From Desulfobacterales bacterium (lineage in GTDB: Bacteria; Desulfobacterota; DSM-4660; Desulfatiglandales; Desulfatiglandaceae): 62,176 nucleotides of DNA. The stretch lies in the NCBI GenBank assembly GCA_014382905.1, contig JACNIU010000151.1, forward strand, positions 1-62,176. The letters are read 5' to 3'. The first letter of the stretch is position 1, and each line of letters opens with the position of its first letter. The notes below the pieces were generated by a model. That model was not told where the DNA came from. It searched no databases and was given only the letters and a program-made list of their open reading frames with translations. Positions 26,941 through 33,878 of this stretch are shown here, in pieces. A program made the position numbers and the translations under genes.

Positions 26941-29631
26941 ATGGGAGAAACCGCCAAAAAAAGAAGTGGGGTGAAAAAGCAACCACAGGAAACGCATGAA
27001 GAGGTCATAACTACCCATATCAATGCGGATTTTGATGCACTCTCTTCCATGTTAGCGGCCAGCAAGCTTTACCCGGCTGCCATTCTTGTATTCCCGGGCT
27101 CTCAGGAAAAAAACCTCCGCAACTTTTTCCTCAATTCCGCGTCCTATCTATTCAACTTCGCAAAGGTAAAACAGGTTGACCTTGACCAGATAAAGAGGCT
27201 CATACTTGTGGATACCAGACAGAAAAGCCGTATTGGAAAATTCGCCCGATTGGCGGGAAAAAAAGGGGTTGAGATCCATATCTACGACCACCATCCTGAT
27301 TCCCCGGACGACGTGCGCGGAGAGGTGGAGGTTATACGTAAGACCGGCTCAACCACGGCAATCCTCACCCACCTTATCAAAGAGAGGGGCGTATCCGTAT
27401 CTTCTGATGAGGCCACTATCATGTGTACCGGGATCCACGAAGATACCGGATCTTTCACGTTTTCTTCTACAACCAGTGAAGATTACGAAGCTGCCGCCTG
27501 GCTTGCCAAGCAGGGAGCTGACCATAACATCATCTCAGACATGCTCACCCGGGAATTGACCACGGAACATCTTTGGCTCCTGAATGATCTTACAAGATCC
27601 GCCACCACCTGCGTCATCGACGGCGTGGAGATTGTCATCACCAAGGTGATAACAGACGAGTACATCGCGGATTTTGCGGTCCTTGTCCACAGATTCATGG
27701 AGATGGAGAACCTGAACGTGGTCTTCGCCCTGGCGCAGATGGCAAACCGGATCTATCTTGTGGCCCGGAGTCGGATAAATGAGGTAAATGCTGCGGAGAT
27801 CGCCCAGGGCTTAGGCGGAGGAGGCCACCCCCAGGCGGCCTCTGCCACCATAAAAAATCAGACCCTCATCCAGGTTGAGAAGTCACTGAACGCCCTTTTG
27901 AACATCCGAATAAACCCCTCCAGGAAAGCACAGGATATGATGTCTTCTCCTGTCATCCAGATCTCTTCAAGTGAAACGGTCAAAAAGGCCGCTAACTTGA
28001 TGACCCGGTATAATATCAACGTCCTTCTGGTTGTTGATGATGACATCCTCCAGGGCTATATAACAAGGCAAATTGTCGAAAAAGCGGTCTTTCTTGGGCT
28101 CGGCGACCTAAAAGTAACTGAATACATGAATATTGAATTCTCTACCGTCCATCCCGATACCCCCCTGAAAGAGGTCCAGAAGCTTATCATCAGCGGAAAA
28201 CTGAGGATTCTCCCGGTCGTAGAGAATGGAAGGCCATTAGGAGTGATCACAAGGACCGACCTCCTCACCATCCTGTTAGGGAGCCCTGTTGCCCCCGAAT
28301 TTCTTTATGACGCCAAAGATCCCGGCCACCTTGTCAGAAAAAAGACTCTGGCCGGAACAATAAAGGAACGGCTGCCAAAAAACCTCATCCAGCTTCTTCA
28401 TGATTTTGGCCATATAGCTGATACGCTTGGATATAACGCATATCTTGTTGGAGGATTGGTCAGGGACCTTTTCTTGAGACATGAGAACTTAGACGTGGAC
28501 ATCGTCATTGAAGGCGACGGTATAAAGTTTGCCCACGAATTCGCGCGGCACCACCAGGCCCGTGTGAGAAATCACCGGAAATTCGGTACTGCCGTGCTTG
28601 TTTTTCCGGACGGCTTCAAGGTTGACGTGGCCACCGCAAGAATTGAATATTACGAATCCCCGGGCGCCCCCCCGATCGTGGAGACAAGCTCCCTGAAGCT
28701 GGATCTCTACCGCCGTGATTTCACCATCAACACCCTTGCCATAAAGCTGAATAAAAAGCATTACGGGACCCTCATCGACTATTTCGGGGCTCAGAAGGAT
28801 ATCAAGGAAAAGGTATTGCGGGTCCTTCATAACCTGAGCTTTGTCGAGGATCCGACGCGTATGCTCCGGGCGGTGAGATTTGAACAGCGATTCGGCTTCA
28901 AAATCGGCAAGCTGACCCTTGCCCTGCTGAAAAACGCCGCAAAAATGAACTGGCTTGAAACGCTTGCATCACGCCGGATCTTTTTAGAATTGAAACTTAT
29001 CCTGAAGGAGCAAGACCCCTTAAGCTCGATAAAAAGAATGGATGAATTAACACTGCTAAGGTTCATTTCTCCCGAAATCAAGCTCACTAAGAACCTCCAG
29101 GAGCTATTAGAAGAAATCAAGGAGGTCATCGCCTGGTACAACCTCCTCTATTTAGAAGAACCGCTGGAGCAATGGGAAATTTACTGGTACGGGCTTACCC
29201 GTCCACTCAATGCAAATGGCTTCAACAAACTGACAAAAGAGATGGGAATCAACCGCAAGATGGCGCTCGAACGAAAAACCGGGGATAGACTCCTGGATTC
29301 CCTCTTCAAGTTCGACGGAACCAATTATCAGCTCTATACATTGCTCTTTCCATATGATACAGAGACGTTGCTATACCTGATGGCAAAAGCCAAAACCGAT
29401 AAGATAAAGCGGCTTATCTCATTTTACTTTACCAAATTAAAAGGGATGAAGATCCTAATAGAGGGAAAAGACCTCTTACGGATGGGCTTGAAATCGGGTC
29501 CGCTTTTTAAAGAGATTTTTGACAGCCTGTTAGAGGCCCGGCTGAACAATCAGGCAAGGACAAAGGACGATGAAATCCGTTTTGTCCAAACTAAATTCGG
29601 GGATCTATTGGATCCAAGTGAACTGAAGTGA
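26941..29631 (+). CDS. DHH/DHHA1 phosphoesterase - tandem CBS - poly(A) polymerase/CCA-adding nucleotidyltransferase fusion protein
   Basis: HINADFDALSS, IYDHHP and GGGGHPQAASA are DHH/DHHA1 motifs. A CBS pair sits around residues 330-460. LVGGLVRDLFL...DVDIVIEGD is the nucleotidyltransferase head domain. Confidence 0.85.
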   Translation: MGETAKKRSGVKKQPQETHEEVITTHINADFDALSSMLAASKLYPAAILVFPGSQEKNLRNFFLNSASYLFNFAKVKQVDLDQIKRLILVDTRQKSRIGKFARLAGKKGVEIHIYDHHPDSPDDVRGEVEVIRKTGSTTAILTHLIKERGVSVSSDEATIMCTGIHEDTGSFTFSSTTSEDYEAAAWLAKQGADHNIISDMLTRELTTEHLWLLNDLTRSATTCVIDGVEIVITKVITDEYIADFAVLVHRFMEMENLNVVFALAQMANRIYLVARSRINEVNAAEIAQGLGGGGHPQAASATIKNQTLIQVEKSLNALLNIRINPSRKAQDMMSSPVIQISSSETVKKAANLMTRYNINVLLVVDDDILQGYITRQIVEKAVFLGLGDLKVTEYMNIEFSTVHPDTPLKEVQKLIISGKLRILPVVENGRPLGVITRTDLLTILLGSPVAPEFLYDAKDPGHLVRKKTLAGTIKERLPKNLIQLLHDFGHIADTLGYNAYLVGGLVRDLFLRHENLDVDIVIEGDGIKFAHEFARHHQARVRNHRKFGTAVLVFPDGFKVDVATARIEYYESPGAPPIVETSSLKLDLYRRDFTINTLAIKLNKKHYGTLIDYFGAQKDIKEKVLRVLHNLSFVEDPTRMLRAVRFEQRFGFKIGKLTLALLKNAAKMNWLETLASRRIFLELKLILKEQDPLSSIKRMDELTLLRFISPEIKLTKNLQELLEEIKEVIAWYNLLYLEEPLEQWEIYWYGLTRPLNANGFNKLTKEMGINRKMALERKTGDRLLDSLFKFDGTNYQLYTLLFPYDTETLLYLMAKAKTDKIKRLISFYFTKLKGMKILIEGKDLLRMGLKSGPLFKEIFDSLLEARLNNQARTKDDEIRFVQTKFGDLLDPSELK

Positions 29632-29662
29632 GCTGAAGTGACTAAAGTGAACTAAAGTGACT
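29618..29662 (+). repeat. Four tandem degenerate 10-mers (AACTGAAGTG AGCTGAAGTG ACTAAAGTGA ACTAAAGTGA) spanning the stop codon of the preceding gene
   Basis: Read directly. Confidence 0.7.
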
Positions 29663-29701
29663 TGGTGATTTAATTTCCAGAAAATCGGACATCCTTCATT
29701 C

Positions 29702-29856
29702 AGTAGTTTATACTTTCGGAAGACAGTTAAGCAAGACATGGTCAGTTCAATTGGTTCAATTGGTTTAATTGGTTGGATTTACTAACTAATTGAACCAATA
29801 GAACTAGTCAAGCTAATTAAACTGCAAACCGGCTAACATGAAAAGTGTAAACTACT
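29702..29856. repeat. About 155-bp long imperfect palindrome (MITE-like or structured-RNA-like) with internal GGTTCAATT tandem repeats
   Basis: Left arm AGTAGTTTATACTTT...CAGTTCAATTGGTTCAATT versus the reverse complement of the right arm AGTAGTTTACACTTT...AGTTCTATTGGTTCAATT. Confidence 0.6.
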
Positions 29857-29949
29857 TTTCGGTTGTTATGAAAGATGCCGAAAATCGCTTGCCTTTAATC
29901 CCGCCTATTCGGTGGAACTCACTTAAAATAGAAAGGGAAATTTGACCAG

Positions 29950-30933
29950 ATGAAAAAAGGTAAAATCGTGAGTGGGATGAGGCCCACTGGAAAAATGCAT
30001 CTCGGACATCTGCACGGCGCCCTTCTGAACTGGAAAAACCTTCAGGAAGAATACCAGTGTTTCTATTTCATAGCAGACTGGCATGCCCTGACCAGCGAAT
30101 ACGCCCATCCCGATATCATTCGTGAAAGCATGTATGATATTATCATCGACTGGATTTCAATAGGGCTCGATCCGGAGGTTTCCACCTTTTTTATTCAATC
30201 CGAAATCAAGGAACACGCAGAGCTTTATCTCCTGTTTTCCATGATCACCCCCCTCTCCTGGTTAGAGAGGAACCCCACTTACAAGGAACAACTGCGTGAA
30301 CTCTCCCAGAAAGACATCTATACTTATGGGTTCTTAGGGTATCCTGTCCTCCAGGCGGCCGATATTCTGATGTATAAAGCCAACGGTGTCCCTGTGGGTG
30401 AGGACCAGGCCCCTCATGTTGAGCTGACCCGAGAAATAGCCCGACGTTTCAACCACCTGTACGGCGAGGTATTTCCTGTCCCGGACGTCCTCCTTACCCC
30501 CACGTCAAAGCTTCTCGGTATTGACAGGCGTAAGATGAGCAAGAGCTATGGCAATGCAATATTCCTGACCGACACAGATAAGGAGATCGATGCCAAAGTG
30601 GGTGAGATGATCACCGACCCGCAACGGGCCAGGAAAACCGACCCGGGCGATCCTGATATCTGCAATCTCTTCTCCTATCATGAGATCTACACGGATGATG
30701 AAACAATCGAAAACATCCGCAGCGGATGCCGATCGGCTCAAATCGGTTGCGTGGAGTGCAAAAGGATGATGGCATCGACTCTCAAAACAGGACTTGAGCC
30801 GATAAGGGCCAAAAGAAAGGACTTAGAGGCGGATATCGATAGGGTGAAAGAGATTATGGAAGAGGGAAACAGGAAATCCCGAACCATCGCCCGAAAAACC
30901 ATGGAAGAGGTCAGGGACGCGGTGAAGATATAG
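29950..30933 (+). CDS. trpS: Tryptophan--tRNA ligase
   Basis: GKMHLGHLHGAL (HIGH) and KMSKS motifs. The 327-aa size and overall sequence are typical of TrpRS. Confidence 0.92.
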   Translation: MKKGKIVSGMRPTGKMHLGHLHGALLNWKNLQEEYQCFYFIADWHALTSEYAHPDIIRESMYDIIIDWISIGLDPEVSTFFIQSEIKEHAELYLLFSMITPLSWLERNPTYKEQLRELSQKDIYTYGFLGYPVLQAADILMYKANGVPVGEDQAPHVELTREIARRFNHLYGEVFPVPDVLLTPTSKLLGIDRRKMSKSYGNAIFLTDTDKEIDAKVGEMITDPQRARKTDPGDPDICNLFSYHEIYTDDETIENIRSGCRSAQIGCVECKRMMASTLKTGLEPIRAKRKDLEADIDRVKEIMEEGNRKSRTIARKTMEEVRDAVKI

Positions 30934-31049
30934 GCTGGGTGCTGGATACTGGATGCTGGATACTGGGTGCTGGATATTGGGGGATTGTTGATTGTCGATT
31001 GAGAATTGAAGAGCAGTAAACTTTAGGCACTTCAAACTTTAGGCACTTG
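30934..31049 (+). repeat. trpS-scpA spacer composed entirely of tandem repeats: 7 x (G/A)CTGG(G/A)T, 4 x (G/A)ATTG(T/A)N, 2 x AAACTTTAGGCACTT
   Basis: Read directly. It is C-poor and GGA-rich on the coding strand. Confidence 0.8.
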
Positions 31050-31051
31050 TA

Positions 31052-31786
31052 ATGGAATACGAAGTCAAATTGGAAATATTTGAAGGACCTCTGGACCTCC
31101 TGCTGCACCTCATTTACAAGAATGAGGTGGACATCTTCGATATTCCGATCACAACCATCACCGATCAGTACCTGGCCTATCTGGATATGATGAAGGCCCT
31201 CAATATCAGTGTTGCAGGAGATTTCCTGGTCATGGCATCCACACTGATCCATATAAAATCAAAAATGCTGCTTCCAGGCCTGAACGAAGGAGATGATGAG
31301 GAAGATCCCCGCGATGAAATCACGAGGCCGCTTCTGGAATATATGCGCCTGAAAGAAATGGCAGAGGAACTGTCGGAAAGGGAGATCTTGGGGCAGGATG
31401 TCTTTACCAGACAGGAATCCTCGTGGCATCAGGACGAGATAGATGCTGAAGGGCCCCGGTTGGATGTCAACCTGTTTCAGTTGATAGATGCGTTCAGGCG
31501 GATCATGGAACAAAACCAACCCGGGGCAGACCTGACGTTTAAATACCAAAAATGGTCGGTAAAGGAAAAATCGCAGGTCATCATTGCTTTTCTGAAACAA
31601 AAGGGAGAGATCCTTTTCGATGAAATTTTCGGTGAAGACCGAACGGTTTCTGAATTTATTGTCACCTTTTTAGCGCTTCTGGAGCTGGTTCACATCGGTC
31701 TTGTCAGGATATTTCAGCCTTCGTACAATAGTGCAATCCATGTCGTGGCCCACTTCGATGAAAATGAAACCACGGGAGACCTTTGA
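31052..31786 (+). CDS. scpA: Segregation and condensation protein A
   Basis: FEGPLDLLLHLIYKNEVDIFDIPITTITDQYL is the canonical ScpA N-terminus. Confidence 0.9.
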   Translation: MEYEVKLEIFEGPLDLLLHLIYKNEVDIFDIPITTITDQYLAYLDMMKALNISVAGDFLVMASTLIHIKSKMLLPGLNEGDDEEDPRDEITRPLLEYMRLKEMAEELSEREILGQDVFTRQESSWHQDEIDAEGPRLDVNLFQLIDAFRRIMEQNQPGADLTFKYQKWSVKEKSQVIIAFLKQKGEILFDEIFGEDRTVSEFIVTFLALLELVHIGLVRIFQPSYNSAIHVVAHFDENETTGDL

Positions 31787-31882
31787 AAAATGCTCAATTT
31801 TGGTCAAGGTCAAGAAAGGCGAGGATTTTAACCACCCCAGAGGAATAGGCATTCCACGGGGCAGGCAGGAATACATTAGAGT

Positions 31883-31990
31883 ATTTCGAGGATTAAAATT
31901 TGAGCCTGGCCCCAGTACCATCTTCCGGAGCTACGGGGCAGGCGCGGAGATTGGGCAAAAGGGGGCGTTTTGCAGAGGTCTCCACGGATC
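31883..31990. repeat. Intergenic repeat element, copy B (scpA-scpB spacer)
   Basis: The 36-nt core 31910..31945 is identical to copy A. Shared flanks are TTCGAGGATTA upstream and AAAAG-GGG-TTTTGC downstream. Confidence 0.8.
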
Positions 31991-32002
31991 ACAGGGAAAT
32001 AG

Positions 32003-32656
32003 ATGGAGAAGCAGCTTAAACTGATTATTGAGGCCCTCTTGTTTGCCTCGAGCAAACCTTTGAGCACGCTGGAAATTCAGAAGTGCCTTCCGGACAGCAC
32101 ACTCCCCGATATCCGGGCTGCCCTGACGGAATTGCAGACAGAATATGAGGCCATGCAAAGGAGCTTTCGCCTCAAAGAGGTGGCGCAGGGATATCAGATA
32201 AGGACAAGATCGGGCTATGCGCCCTATGTCCTCACAATGTTGAGGAGGTCGCCCGCCCGCTTATCCCGTGCCGCATTAGAGACGTTAGCCATCATCGCCT
32301 ACAAACAACCGATTATCCGTCAGGAGATTGAGAGTTTCAGGGGAGTGGACGTAGGAGGAATCCTGAGAACGCTACTCGAAAAGGATCTGATTCGAATCAT
32401 GGGACGAAAGGCCCTCCCCGGAAGGCCTCTTATCTATGGAACCACCAAGACGTTTCTTGAGGTATTTGATCTCAAGGATCTGGAATCGCTGCCAAAGCTG
32501 AAAGAGATAAAGGATTTTGGATCTGGCGATGAAGAAACAGCGGAGATCCCGGAGGAGGATAAAGAAGTTGAAGCGGCCGGAGAAAAAGAAGCCCCGCCAA
32601 TACCCGAGGAAGCGGAAACCCCTCCCACAGGAGAACGGGAAACCGGAAAGGCTTAA
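32003..32656 (+). CDS. scpB: Segregation and condensation protein B
   Basis: IEALLFASSKPLS..., ETLAIIAYKQPI and RGVDVGGILRTLLEKDLI are ScpB winged-helix motifs. It has an acidic C-terminal tail. Confidence 0.9.
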   Translation: MEKQLKLIIEALLFASSKPLSTLEIQKCLPDSTLPDIRAALTELQTEYEAMQRSFRLKEVAQGYQIRTRSGYAPYVLTMLRRSPARLSRAALETLAIIAYKQPIIRQEIESFRGVDVGGILRTLLEKDLIRIMGRKALPGRPLIYGTTKTFLEVFDLKDLESLPKLKEIKDFGSGDEETAEIPEEDKEVEAAGEKEAPPIPEEAETPPTGERETGKA

Positions 32657-33365
32657 CCGGATATTGTCTTCTGCTGGCGTGACATCCCGGCGGAATGCGG
32701 ACCAATTGATCGCGTCGGGCAGCGTCACAGTCAATGGCAAGCTGGTAAAGGAGTTCGGCACTGCTGCAACATGGGGCGTGGACGATATCCGAGTGGATGG
32801 ACAGCAAATCCCGTCCCCATCTGAAAGGCTCTACCTGATCCTCAACAAACCTTTCGGTTACATCTGCTCCCTCAGGGACCCACAGGGGAGGCCCCTGATA
32901 ACGGATCTCTTAAAAAATCTTGGCCGCAGGGTCTATCCTGTCGGCCGCCTTGACTTTGACACCATGGGCCTGCTGCTCCTCACAAATGACGGAGAATGGG
33001 CCCATCGTCTCACCCATCCACGGTATCAGGTTCCCCGAACCTACAAAGTCACCGTTGCAGGCAGAATAACCGATCCGGCAATTGCCGATTTGAGGAAGGG
33101 TGTCTTGCTGAGTGACGGCCCGAGCGGCCCGGCAAAAACCGCGCTGGTGGCGCGCAATGAAAACAAAAGTATCATCAGGATTACCATTACCCAGGGGAGA
33201 TCGCGCCAGGTGAGGCGTATGATTGAGGCGGCAGGGTTCAGGGCGGTTCACCTGATACGAATCGCATTCGGTAATATCGAGTTAGGAAAACTGAAAGTCG
33301 GAGCATACAGGCACCTCGACACAGAAGAGGTAATATCCACAAAAAAACTGGTGGGAATGATCTGA
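32529..33365 (+). CDS. rluB: RsuA/RluB-family 23S rRNA pseudouridine synthase
   Basis: S4 domain ERLNRILSSAGVTSRRNADQLI and catalytic GRLDFDTMGLLLLTNDG. The start is uncertain (TTG 32517, ATG 32529 or TTG 32568). Every option overlaps the scpB 3' end out of frame. Confidence 0.85.
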   Translation: MKKQRRSRRRIKKLKRPEKKKPRQYPRKRKPLPQENGKPERLNRILSSAGVTSRRNADQLIASGSVTVNGKLVKEFGTAATWGVDDIRVDGQQIPSPSERLYLILNKPFGYICSLRDPQGRPLITDLLKNLGRRVYPVGRLDFDTMGLLLLTNDGEWAHRLTHPRYQVPRTYKVTVAGRITDPAIADLRKGVLLSDGPSGPAKTALVARNENKSIIRITITQGRSRQVRRMIEAAGFRAVHLIRIAFGNIELGKLKVGAYRHLDTEEVISTKKLVGMI

Positions 33366-33437
33366 TTTTTTTATTTACAGACCCATATCAATATTGTATG
33401 TTGATTTTTAATCCGACTGAGAGCAGCAAGATAAACC

Positions 33438-33512
33438 GGGCGGTTAACTCAGCGGGAGAGTGCCATCCTCACACGGTGGAAGCCGGGGGTTCAAATCCCC
33501 CACCGCCCACCA
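33438..33512 (+). tRNA. tRNA-Val (anticodon CAC), CCA encoded
   Basis: Manual cloverleaf: acceptor GGGCGGT/ACCGCCC, D-stem ACTC/GAGT, anticodon stem CCATC/GGTGG with loop CTCACAC, T-arm GGGGG-TTCAAAT-CCCCC, discriminator A, then CCA. Confidence 0.88.
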
Positions 33513-33536
33513 TCATTTATTAGTTATATCAGGCTG

Positions 33537-33818
33537 TTATCCCTTCTTACGTGACGCTCTTTTTGGTGTCAGATGGGTGTCAGCATAGATATCTCTCACA
33601 TCCTCCAATTCCATCTGAAAATACCTTTCAAATGCCTTATTGGTTGAATGCATTGTAGCCCTCTTAATTTGTTCCGGGGTCCGGTAAATCCTCAATGCAG
33701 TTGCCGAGCTGTGCTTGGTCCCCCCGTAAAGATCCACTCCCTCAATGTTGAGATTGGAACAAGCTCTTTTCCAATACTCATATAGAAGGTGCTCGCCAAA
33801 AGGCTTCGGGAAACGCAT
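33537..33818 (-). pseudogene. C-terminal fragment (93 aa) of a tyrosine recombinase/phage-type integrase
   Basis: GGTKHSSATAL (HxxR-like box II region) and MHSTNKAFERYF (catalytic Tyr region). The N-terminal three quarters are absent. It lies 25 nt from the tRNA-Val 3' end. Confidence 0.7.
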
Positions 33819-33878
33819 GATCTGCTGAACATCGCCTCCTTTTACGGGCGGTGATCGGACAAATGGCCGATGACCACA

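Noticed and set aside
29632-29949. T-box leader upstream of trpS
   Set aside because: No T-box consensus (AANNNGGGTGGTACCGCG-like), specifier-loop arrangement or terminator/antiterminator pair is evident. The region is instead occupied by tandem repeats and a long palindrome.
30934-31010. CRISPR-like or other spaced-repeat array among the tandem repeats (also 29618..29662, 55001..55029)
   Set aside because: The units are 7-10 nt and directly abutting with no spacers. There are no cas genes in the window.
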